From the NCBI RefSeq assembly GCF_006345805.1, contig NC_042998.1:54932001-54996000 (forward strand): a DNA stretch of 64,000 nucleotides. The letters run 5' to 3'. This DNA comes from Octopus sinensis (taxonomy: Eukaryota). Positions 26,001 to 36,687 of the stretch are shown here, piece after piece (within the stretch, counting starts at the first letter, position 1; each line of letters opens with the position of its first letter). The notes beneath the pieces were generated by a model. The model saw only the letters and a list, made by a program, of their open reading frames with translations, searched no databases and was not told the origin of the DNA. The position numbers were made by a program, and so were the translations under genes.

Positions 26001-26959
26001 CTCAAAACATCTACAAAGTACTCTTTGTTGACCATCTGGCCAGAGGGATCCCAGTGGATGTAAATGATGCTCTTGCTGTCGAAAAAGGGGATCGTCATGA
26101 GATTTTTGGTGGACTTGCTTTGCCTGGTTTTCTTGGACCTGAGGGAGCCAGGGGGCTTCCACTGGGCTCTTTGTTCCTTGATCTCTGGATCATAGTAGTA
26201 GGTCTAGCTTTCGTCACAGGTCACCAGATTATCAAGTACACTTGGATTGGAGACAAATATCTCAACCATTTCCCTGCTGTCACCTTTGTGCCCTTCCTTC
26301 TGTTTGTCACTGAGCACCCTTGGAATGAAGTTTGCACATATTTTAAGTATGTTCAGGTGTTCATGAATAATGTTCTGTGCAGTTTCCACAACTCCAAGCT
26401 TTATGCTTATTCTCCTTTAGACTCATGTCAGTATGCATCCAGAAAATTGCAAATTTTCTCAACCAGCTCCGATGTTCTGATGTCCCTCTCCCTCCCACAT
26501 CTCTCATTGACTCTCACCTCATCTCTCTAGAGTCTTTGAACCTCTTGTGTCAAAGAAAAACATATGCTCAGCTCGTAAGTTAATCCATAAGCAGTTTAGA
26601 GCATTTCATAAGTTTCAGTAGAGTTTTTGCCCAGTTTAATGAAAAACTTTATTGCAAAGCAAGCTTCCAGATCGTCTTCACGTCCCGACTGCATTCTGCG
26701 AACAAGTCAGCTATGATAAGCAGTGTTTAATAGGATGTGTTCAAAGTGTCGTTACAACCGTTTTCTTTAAAATCATGATAACAAAAGTTTGCAGATCAGC
26801 ATATTAGATGGAAAACATTGATATATTAAAATTACAATAATTGGAGCAGTTATAACTGCCTCTCCCAAGAAAAAAGTCCTGAAATGCACCTCATACCATT
26901 TTTAGGTAAAAACTAAACGAAAAACCTTATTCCCCTAGATCTATATTGTCGTGTATTGA

Positions 26960-27350
26960 ACTCTTGTTTCAGTCATTTGACTGCGGCCATGCTGGAGCAC
27001 CGCCTTTAATCGAGCAAATCGACCCCGGGACTTATTCTTTGTAAGCCCAGTACTTATTCTATCGGTCTCTTTTGCCGAACCGCTTAGTGACGGGGACGTA
27101 AACACACCAGCATCGGTTGTCAAGCGATGTTGGGTGAGGGGAGCAAACACAACACACAAACATACACACATATATATATACATATATACGACGGGCTTCT
27201 TTCAGTTTCCGTCTACCAAATCCACTCACAAGGCATTGGTCAGCCCGGGGCTATAGCAGAAGACATTTGCACAAGATGCCACGCAGTGGGACTGAACCCG
27301 GAACCATGTGGTTGGTTAGCAAGCTACTTACCACACAGCCACTCCTGCGC
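26960..27350 (-). mobile_element. SINE family A, full-length copy
   Basis: Complete match to the reference copy. Confidence 0.9.
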
Positions 27351-27873
27351 CTATTATGTACATTTGTCTAAATATTCATTAGAAGTTCAATACACAATAT
27401 ATATTAGCTAGCCCAGTATGTTACAGATCATTGGATGACACTGAGTTTTCCACTTCTCACAATGAATCTTTATAAATGCATTTAGTCCTCTCTTCTCAGA
27501 GTTAGTCATACGTTGTACTTCCTAATTACTCTTATCTGTTTTTTTTTTATCTTTTACTTGTTTTTAGTCATTAGACTGTGACCATGCTGGGGCACCACCT
27601 TGACGGGCTTAGTCAAACAAATCGACCCTAGTAATTTTTTAAAATTTTGGTGTCACTGTTAGCGAATCGCTAACAAAGTAACACTGGTTGTCAAGCGGTG
27701 GTAGGGGACAAACACAAAGATATATATCCTTCTTCCCTAGCGTCTAATAATACTTTATTTGTTCCACGTCCTTGCGTTGTTGTCTTTTTGTTTTCTTGTT
27801 TGGATTAACTATATATATATACACTTGGAAATTGATGCGTCATGCTCAATTAAATAATAGATAATAATAACTA

Positions 27874-27912
<39 letters not shown>

Positions 27913-28101
27913 CATTTTAGGGTAGCAAAAAATTCTAGAAAAATTCTCCGCTACCAGCGGTCAAGTGAGAAAGAAAAAATAGTCAATAGACTATGTAATA
28001 TACATTCAAACATATAAGGGATGGCCATAATAGGACATCCAACTCATTTAACTGCTCTTTCTAGTGAGTCGGATGTCCTATTATGGCCATCCCTTATATG
28101 T

Positions 28102-28149
<48 letters not shown>

Positions 28150-28194
28150 CATATATGGGTACAGGACGTCGGCATTGCCGTTGTTTGAGTTAGT

Positions 28195-28490
28195 CAAATA
28201 GAAGTCCTATCAGAGGATGATGTGGAAGAATGTTTGGGAGCCATAAAGAAGAAAGCTACATTTTTTAGCAGAGGAATAAAACACGGCACGGCGGAGGTGA
28301 GGTTTACCACCAGAGAAGAGCCGGCCTCACATTCCACCACTATTCTGCGGTCGGACAAGGTAGCGCTGCTGCCCACGTACAAGGGCAGGTGCAGTCTTCG
28401 AATTCGAATAGGGAGAGTACCACTTGAAATAAAAACAGAGTGGTTGGTGGTAGCTATTCTGGCTGCAAATGAGGACAGTCTAGAATTAGG
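28195..28490 (+). pseudogene. ORF1 fragment of a related Tx1-like element (host of the full-length insertion; continues 33734-33756)
   Basis: IEVLSEDDVEECLGAIKKKATFFSRGIKHGTAEVRF...VALLPTYKGRCSLRIRIGRVP..WLVVAIL aligns by eye with ORF1 (I)MDVKNEMVEKCLSPVWDKIRHVVRGARSATVEAHF...IMLLPSYMGKRTAKLLVEDIP..WVAAAVL. Confidence 0.8.
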
Positions 28491-28738
28491 TATTTCTTTA
28501 TTATGATTATAAAAATCGATTACACAGAAGGACAAATACAGGACATACATATAAAAAACATTTAAGAGATTCGTTTAAAAATTTTCATTTACATTTGGGT
28601 TATTCATTATAACATAAATGTCCTTTACATGACCAGTAGAACAAACAACAGTACATGAACTTATAATCTCACTGGAGTTTTTACACCCCGGCAATTTATG
28701 AGGCCCTGCAGCTTTTATTTCCTCTCTCTCCTCCATGG

Positions 28739-31700
28739 TCAAGCTGGGTTTCTGACACCCACCTTTTTTTCCACTTCCTTCCATCTTTTCTCATACACAC
28801 CCCGTGGTAAGATCCTCTTTTCCAGCCCCATTTTGCTCTTCAGATGATATCTGAAGTAAGTGAGCAAGCCGGGGCCGGAGACAAAGGCTCCTATCGCGGC
28901 TCCTTCCATCCTTGTTCTCCACATGCATTCTTTTACTACTGCAACCGTGCAGTGAAAACATGCCTCACCTTCCTTCGAGAGTCCAGTTGGCGGTATCATC
29001 TTAATCATAGACTCAGCCGACAGCTACTCGTCCCAGATGCGATAACACGTTGTTCTGCGTAACTTATCAAGTCGGACAACTTTCGACAGTGAACAAAAGC
29101 GTGCTGGACGGTTTCATCGTCCAACTCGCACCTTGGACACGTCGGTGGCACTGAAACTCCGTGCCGCGATAACTTCTCGCGAACAGGTAAAGCATTCCTA
29201 TAGCACTGCCAGGCCAGGGATCTTTGGAAATTATCCAAATACCCCGACCTGAAAGTTTTTTTAAACAGGTTGGTAAGCTGGTCTTCGTCAAACCCCAGAG
29301 CCCCTCCTAGGACGTCGTCGTTTTTTGCCTCTACCAGCCCTCTATAAAATACCGAGGTGGTATTTCCGCAGCCGGCCTTGCCCGCCTTGTGGATCAGCGT
29401 GAGTGCCTGTCGGCACTCCTTTTGCCATGGAGTCAGTTTCCATCTTTTGATGTAACCGGGTTTAAAATTCACTAAGGAGGCCGGTCTCGGGAAAAATCCC
29501 CCTGCCAGCGGACTCCACACCTTATCACATTCCAGGTGGTGCCAGAGATGCCTTAGCCTCAACGCATGTCTGCGCATCATCAACCAAGGCATTCCTAACC
29601 CACCCTTTAACGGTTCCTGGCAGCAAACGGAGCGCCTCACAAGTGGCTTTCCTCCTTTCCACAAAAAGCGGAAAAGGATTCGCTCCAACTTGTTAAGCCA
29701 TGAATCGGGGCAAGGGACAACGGTCAGGCGGTAGGTGATTACAGATGCAATGAACATCTGCACCACCTCCGCCTTTCCTTTCAAGGACAGAAACCTTCCG
29801 GACCAGTCCGTACTACGGCTTCCACCTTGCTTGTCACCTCACTCCAGTTCTTCTCCGTTTGGGAGTCTGGCCCAAACCAAACTCCCAGCAACTTAACAGG
29901 GCCATCCGTCCAGTGTCCCACGACACTGGACGATATCGACTTGCTCCTCCAGGTGCCGAGGCGCAAGCCAACCGATTTGTCCTTGTTAACCTTTGCTCCT
30001 GCCACCGCCTCGTATCCTCTGATAGCCTCCTCTACACAAGGTAGTTGGGCCTCTTTGGACACGATGAGGGTGACGTCATCCGCATAAGCAGTAACCGTCC
30101 TCCCACCTCCGATTTCATCCGAGTTACTCCCCAGCCTCTCCAACTTTCGCAGCAATGGCTCAAGAGCCAATACGGTTAGGTAACCGTTTATCTGGACGGT
30201 GGACTTGATGCCGCTATACATAGCGGAGATCCACCCGCGAAATTCAGGGCCCAGCCCAGCCGCTTCGAGGACCGTCGCCAGGTACCCATGGTCTACCCTA
30301 TCGAAGGCTTTACTTTGGTCTAAATGGACCATTACCCCGCCTTTGCCGGCTAATTTACCCACCCTATCTAAGGTGTAGCGTATAAGGTGAAGGTTGTCCT
30401 GGATCGACCTGCCTGGAATTGCACATGTCTGTGCTCTCCCTACAAGTTTCTCCACGACAACCGTCAACCTTTTTGCCAACACCTTGGCCAAAATCTTTAA
30501 CTCTACATTAAGTAGAGTTATGGGCCTGTAGTTACTAATGTTATCCCCCTTGCTCGGGTCTTTCTGGATTAGCGTCACCACTCCCCGGCTTACAGAACTG
30601 GGAATTCTCCCATTCTGCTGCCAGTTCGTGTAGACACCCGCCAGTATTCCCCCGAACAAGTCCGGCATACTTTGGTAAAACTCGTAGGGCAGACCATCCA
30701 ACCCCGGCGACTTCTCCCCGGCGCATCCGGCCAGTATCTCCTTTATCTCCGCGGGAGTGATCGCTCCTTCACAGCACTCCACCTCACGCCCCGCGAGCCG
30801 CGGTCCGCCGGCTAGGAAGTCCTTTAAGGCTCTCCCCCGATCCAGCGAACCACCACCCCCGAACACGCGGGCGAAATGCTGGTGAAGAAACTTTTGCATC
30901 TCCTCCTGTCCATAGATCTTTTGTCCCTGTTCGTCAGTCAAAGATTTGATTGAGGCTCTGTTGCCTCTCTGACTCTCCACACGACGGGCCCATCCGGCCA
31001 CGTTAATACCTTCTCGTTTCCCAGCGCGTAGCTTAGCTCTGACTCTGCAACCTTCGTGTTTGGAGTTAAGGTGACGGTACAATACCGTCCTTGCCGCCAA
31101 TACTCCGGATGCAGAGCCAGCTTCCATTGCCTCGTCTAGATTCTTAACTAAATCGCCCTCTAGACTAGCCCTATCTATCCTTAGCTGATTGCTAAATCTA
31201 ACGGACTCTGAACGAATGGCTCTTTTGAGGGCGTGCCACCATCTATTGTTAATGATGGTGCCACACAATGCCCTCTGAACTAACACCTTAATCCGGGTAC
31301 GGAAGTCTTCACAATTCAAAATAGCCTTGTTCAGCTTCCAGTACCCGGGTCCCTGTCTATGACACTTGTCTAATTGCATCCTACACGTCACAAATTTGTG
31401 ATCCGAGTAAGGTACAATATGAAATTGTGGACAACTAAACGTATCCTTATCTCTTTTCTTATAAATATCCTATCTAGATACGATCTGTGTGAGCCGTCGT
31501 TGTTACTCCACGTCCACTGTGGAACGCTCGGCTCATCCAGTCGGTAACGGTCCACTAGATCAAAGCTCTCTAGTAGACCCTTGAGGCTAGGGTTCCCCTT
31601 CCTATTGGTTGAGCCAACATTGTCGATCCGCGCTTCAAGGACAGTGTTAAAGTCCCCTACTAGGATTACTGTTTTCGACGTCGCTAAAAAGGGCTCCAGG

Positions 31701-32063
31701 TTCCGAAAAAACCCATCTGTTTACCCTCGTTCGGGCGTAGACAGCTACCAACCTGAAGGACTGTTTACTTACGTGAGTCACATCCAGGACAACCAGCCTG
31801 CCTTCTGGGTCCAGAAAGACAGTACTTACCTGCAAGTCCAAGCTCTTCCTGATAAAGACTGCCACGCCTCTGCCTCTTCCTCGGCTAGGAGAAATAAATT
31901 TCTCGAAACCATTTAGAAGAGGCGAGAACGCTTGGGTCTCGCTCATCTTGGACTCGGTTGCAATAGCTATATCTACACCATGTGTCGTGAGGTCGTTCAG
32001 GAAACAAATTTGTTTCCGTTTCGACCCCATTCCACGTACATTTATACAACCCAGCTTAGCCAT
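28739..32063 (-). pseudogene. Tx1 ORF2: AP endonuclease + reverse transcriptase + C-terminal Cys/His finger, frameshifted
   Basis: APE motifs: CINVRG, ATESK, VAVYA, LVGDFN, YLDRIF, SDH. RT motifs: KSPGLDGLP, YRPITLLN, LDQSKAFDRVDH, AYADD. C-terminal CPRC..ETVQHAFVHC. Pieces lie in ORFs 31647..32063, 29781..31391, 29005..29784 and 28739..29008. Confidence 0.93.
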
Positions 32064-32091
32064 TGTAGGTGAGAGAGAAAAATAAATGTAC

Positions 32092-33527
32092 TCACGGTTG
32101 GGAAAGGGAGCATGACAGTTTGAATCTGCCTGCTTCCCCTTCTTCCTCCCTTGTAGTTGCTGCTGCAGGGCTCTTGACCGGCGTTGCCACCGGGCTCTGG
32201 GTGGGTGTGGTTGCCGGGGTTATTACAAGTTTGCCCTCCATTACCTCTTTGGTCACGTCTCTGATCAGTCGGTTCCTCAGATGCTCCTGAAGAACCTCCT
32301 CCTTCCACTCGTCCTCCCCTACCTTCGCGAAGCGAGCGGTTGCTTTCACATCTGTGGCCCTACTATACAACACAAATCTTGAAAATTTACAACACTTATA
32401 CACTCTTTCGTTTTTCTCATCGAAAGCAATGATCCTCTCGTTCTTCTGTAAACACTTTTTTACGTCTTGTTTTATGGGGAGGGGCTTGGCAAACTGTTTC
32501 CCAATGAAAACAGTGCCATGGGGGTAGGGTTGGGGGATTTGCTTGGTGTGTGTGTCTGCTGTGTTTGCTGTTTTTTTCTTTGTTTGGGGAGGGGAGTCCT
32601 GGGTATTGTCTTTTTTTCTTTTATGTGTGACTTGCGTGTAGTCCATTGGTTCTGTACAGTCCGTTTTTGTTTCCATACTTGTCTTCGTCTTTTTGTTATC
32701 TTTTTCTATCTTCTCCCCTTCAGTGTTGGGGACACTTTGAGGAGGCGCTTCGTCTGTTCTCTTCTTTTTTATACAATTCGATCGGACGTGACCCTTCTCT
32801 CCACACTTGAAGCATCTGGGTCTACGTCCCTCTACTGAAACTCTCATGGACGTACCGTCTTCATTGAAGATTCTATCGGGCAGGTTTTCTAAGATTTTGT
32901 TCTCCGCCTGCACGAGGAGTTCCAGGGTCTGTCCCTTCCATCGTACCACCTCTTTCTTTCTCATCTGCAGTATCGATATCTCCCGTTCAATATTGTGCAG
33001 GACCGCTGCTGCTACCCACATAATGTCGTACCCTCTGGGTATGTCCTCGACCAGCAGTTTTGCTGTACGTTTCCCCATGTACGAGGGTAGCAGCATGATG
33101 TCGTCGTTTTTCAGTGTCAACGACGACACCTCTCTCGCTACCTCGGCTGTGTCAAAATGTGCCTCAACCGTAGCACTGCGCGCCCCTCGGACGACATGAC
33201 GAATTTTGTCCCACACCGGGGACAGGCACTTTTCGACCATTTCATTCTTTACATCCATTATTTTCTCTCTTTGAAGCTGTATACTTTGTAAATAACTATT
33301 CTCTCCTTAATCTCTTGTACCTTTGCCTGCGGCGGTACAAGCCTTATCTCGCCTCCTTCCACCTTTACCAGGTTCCTGAATTCGTACAATTGTTCGATTT
33401 TGAACTCCACATCCATCATGGCACCGCCCACCGCGGCCGAAAATGACTGTTTGGGTACTTCTTTTTCCTTTGTTTCACTTTTTCCCATCACGGGAAAATC
33501 CTCCTTCGACGTCAAGTCGAAATCCAT
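32092..33527 (-). pseudogene. Tx1 ORF1 (gag-like nucleic-acid-binding protein with CCHC zinc knuckle), split by a 1-nt frameshift at about 33258
   Basis: ORFs 33258..33527 and 32092..33258 overlap at TAATG; adding one A to the AAAA run fuses them (..FKERK-I-MDVKNEM..). Zinc knuckle CFKCGEKGHVRSNC present. Confidence 0.88.
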
Positions 33528-33753
33528 TACCTCGAAGGTAATATCAATACAGGTAATACAATATAAATTTTCTGCCCCGTAGGGCGAAAATTACCGTTAT
33601 ACAACGGGCACTGTTCAAAACAATCAGCACCAACAATAATAGCACAAATCCGAACTCTCTTAAATGAAGGCAGCAAATTTCTCACAACGCAGATGAAAAA
33701 AGAAAGCAATAATAAGGACAGTCTAGAATTAGGACCAGTAGATAGAACAAGCA

Positions 33754-33797
<44 letters not shown>

Positions 33798-34364
33798 TCG
33801 CATACGAAGAGTTTCTTTCCGTTTCTTTCTACCAAATCCACTCTCAAGGCTTTGGCCTGCTCGGGGGTATAGTAGACACTTTCCCACGGTGCCACTGAAC
33901 CCGGATCCATGTGGCTAGAAAGCATAAATAAATCAGAAGTAATGGAGGATCAGCACTAATCTCCCATTTCCATATGAAAACTGTTCTCATCGCCTACCAT
34001 GAATTACGAACTTAATTTTTGCGTTTAGGCGTTTGGTGTGTGACGAAAAGAATGTTTTTTTTATTTTTTTTACTTGTTTCAGTCATTTGACTGCGGCTAA
34101 GCTGGTGCACCGCCTTGAAGGTTTTAGTCGCTCAAATCGACCTCAGGACATTTTTTAAAGCCTAGTATTTATTTTATCGGTCTCTTTTCACCGAACTGCC
34201 AAATTACGGGGATGTAAACATACCAACACCCGTTGTCAAGCGGTGGTGGCGCACAAACACAGACAAAAGATACAACCTGCGAGTACGCTTTAGCGGGTAC
34301 GATTTCATTGGACAACGCCCCTGGGAAATGCAAAAGCGAGAGTCCATATTGTTTTGAATTTATG

Positions 34365-34520
34365 GCTGCTTCATATGGCTAGGTATTCCGTCGGTATACA
34401 ACAGTTCAGTGACACGAGTGCTGTTGGTCAATTTTTGTGACCCAAGTTTTGATAGACTGTAGAGTCCACCATCGAAGCGGTATTTAATACCTACTCTAAG
34501 GTTGCTATGAAAATTATTAT
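34365..34520 (-). pseudogene. Small RTE RT fragment (partly duplicated at 34779-34880)
   Basis: VGIKYRFDGGLYSLSKLGSQK..RVTELLYTDG resembles the RTE YRxDG..ELLYADD region. Confidence 0.6.
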
Positions 34521-34955
34521 ATACGATACACGTTTCGTATTTATACAATCATTTGATTATGTATCTACACTGCATGGTAACACATTAGCTCTGCTAAGAT
34601 AATATGCTCGGAAACACTAGGAGCAGATAAAAAAGTTTGAGTAAAATGATACATTCCTTTCTTCTATAGGCACAAGGCTTGAAATTTTGAAGGAAAGAGT
34701 AAGTGGATTACATCAACACCCGTGCTCAACTTGTACTTAATTTATCGACTACGAAAGGATGAAAGGTGAAGTCGACGGGTGCTCTTGGTCAGTCTTTGTG
34801 ACCGAAGTCTGGATAAAATGTAGAATCCACCATCGAAGCAGTATTTGATCCCTACACAAGGGTTGCTATGAAAATTACATATGATACACATATTCGTATC
34901 TATGCAATCATTTGACTATACACGATGGTTCTTTAACATTGCTAGGATTAACATA

Positions 34956-35209
34956 CAGGGTTGACCAAAAGTCACCCGACAGTAAATCTAAATTCTATAA
35001 ATATTTAATATTCAACTTCATTTATCAATTCCAATTATGAATGTTTAATAATTGAATGCTGTGAGTTAAAATCACCCTTTTTTTCTTTTTTTTTTTTTGG
35101 CGCAACATTTGTCTATTTATTTGCGAAGTCTCATTTAGTTGTTAAACATAAATAAATCTTGGAATTATATGGGTTTGATTTACTGTCAGGTGACTTTTGG
35201 CCAAACCTG
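34956..35209. mobile_element. Tc1/mariner-type MITE (254 bp)
   Basis: 33-bp TIRs CAGGGTTGACCAAAAGTCACCCGACAGTAAATC (3 mismatches), TA on both sides. Confidence 0.88.
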
Positions 35210-36649
35210 TATTTGAAAACAGTAGAAGCAAATAAAATTTTGTGTAAAATGATATATTCCTTTCTAATATAGGCACAAGGCCTGAAATTTCGAGGGAAGA
35301 TGTAAGTCGATTATATCAACACCAGTGCTCAAGTGGTACTTATTTTATCGACTGCGAAAGGATAAAAGGTAATCTCGACCTCGGCGGAATTTGAACTCAG
35401 AATATAAAGAGGACTGAAATGCCGCTAAGTAGTTTGGACTGCATGCTAATGATACTGTCAGCTCGCTGCCTTTTTGCATAAAATTATATATTAACAGTAG
35501 ATTCATTACTGATTTTATATTTATAATTAACGCGACCACAAAATAGAAAACGATTGCGATCTCGACTCGTCGGGAGTTTACTTCTCCTCATTATGATGAT
35601 CACCATTATTTTATATTGCATTCTGTTTTACTAACCACCAATCATGTTTTATGTGAATGGAAATGAGAAACTGAGTCTTTCATTCCTTCCTAAAGAGCTT
35701 TAGCAAAGTAAGTGAAAACGCTTCAATTGCTCAGGAATCGAAACCCGGTTGTAACTTTGGCTCACCGAAATCAGATTTTTTTTTTTTTTTTTTTTTGATT
35801 TGTTTTCTTTCTTTGAAGCGCTCTCCGTCATAAATAAATAATATTGGTTTCTGACCTTGGCAAAAGGGAATTAGTTTATAAGAGAAAGGAAATGAAAATA
35901 AAATAGAGCCTATGTGCTTACAGGAGACATATAACCTGCCTGTCTGGAGGAAAAGGAAATTCTCAACAGAAAACACGAAATAATATCACGAGAGAAAAAA
36001 ATTCGAAAGAAAACATTTAACTAACGATGTACCAGATTACTGTGCTTCCTGCTGGATAACGAAATGATTGCAAATAAAAAGGTTTGGTTTCAAGTTTCAC
36101 CATTAACACCCAGACTTCGTTATTGTTGCAGCCTACGCTGTGGTCAGTGTTAACTTTGAGGGAGACGGAAATAAAATTTCGGTTCCATCTACTTAAAGCC
36201 CTACTTCACCTTTGAACCGGACGTGATTGCAGACTGGAATCTGAAACATTAGACGTTCAAGTTTTAATAAATCTTATTTGATTGTGTTGGTAGACGATCG
36301 AGTATCCTTACGTATAAGGGGTCAATATGTAAAAAGACCTATAAGGCGGCGAGATACCAGAATCGTTAGTATGCCGGTAAAAATTATTAGCGGCATTTCG
36401 TCCGTCTTTACGTTCTGAGTTCAAACTCCGCCCATGTCGACTTTGCCTTTTATCTTTTTGTGACCGATAAAATAAGTACCAGTTGAACAATGAGGTCGAC
36501 TTACACCCTCTCCTGAAATGGCCGGCCTGGTGCCAAAATCTGAAACCAATACGTGAAAAGATCTATGAGTGAAATATAAATTAATGGCTAAGATTTTAAT
36601 TTTTGATTTACTTAAGAATGAGATGGGAACCCTCGCTACATTAGACATT

Positions 36650-36687
<38 letters not shown>

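Larger units (their letters stand above)
25110..26694 (-). pseudogene. Mariner DD34D-type transposase pseudogene
   Basis: Motifs: FAIKFFIKLGKNSTETYEML, FIPRVL (WVPHxL-like), LVTCDES, EYFVD|VLRELKKRF (split by the insert), LLQDNAPVH, HPP. Contains stops and frameshifts. Confidence 0.88.
25066..26893 (-). mobile_element. Full-length degenerate mariner transposon interrupted by a 506-bp retro-insertion
   Basis: Imperfect TIRs CAAGGTGCATTCCAGAAGTTTT / rc TGAGGTGCATTTCAGGACTTTT, each flanked by TA. About 1.3 kb after removing the insert. Confidence 0.88.
28491..33714 (-). mobile_element. Full-length L1/Tx1-clade non-LTR retrotransposon (about 5.2 kb)
   Basis: Contains a 5'UTR, a gag-like ORF1, an APE-RT ORF2 and a 3'UTR ending ATAATAAAGAAATA. 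Flanked by the 19-bp direct repeat AGGACAGTCTAGAATTAGG at 28472-28490 and 33715-33733 (TSD). Visibly more GC-rich than the flanks. Confidence 0.95.

Noticed and set aside
25838-26530. 230-aa plus-strand ORF
   Set aside because: It reads through the hammerhead tail and the antisense strand of the mariner; a chance open frame.
32064-32095. GTGAGT donor-like motif at the ORF1 stop
   Set aside because: No matching acceptor or evidence of splicing; it is probably just the 28-nt inter-ORF spacer.
33256-33260. TAATG as programmed stop-restart between an ORF0 and ORF1
   Set aside because: More simply a missing A in a homopolymer, because the homologous fragment is continuous here. Kept only as an alternative.
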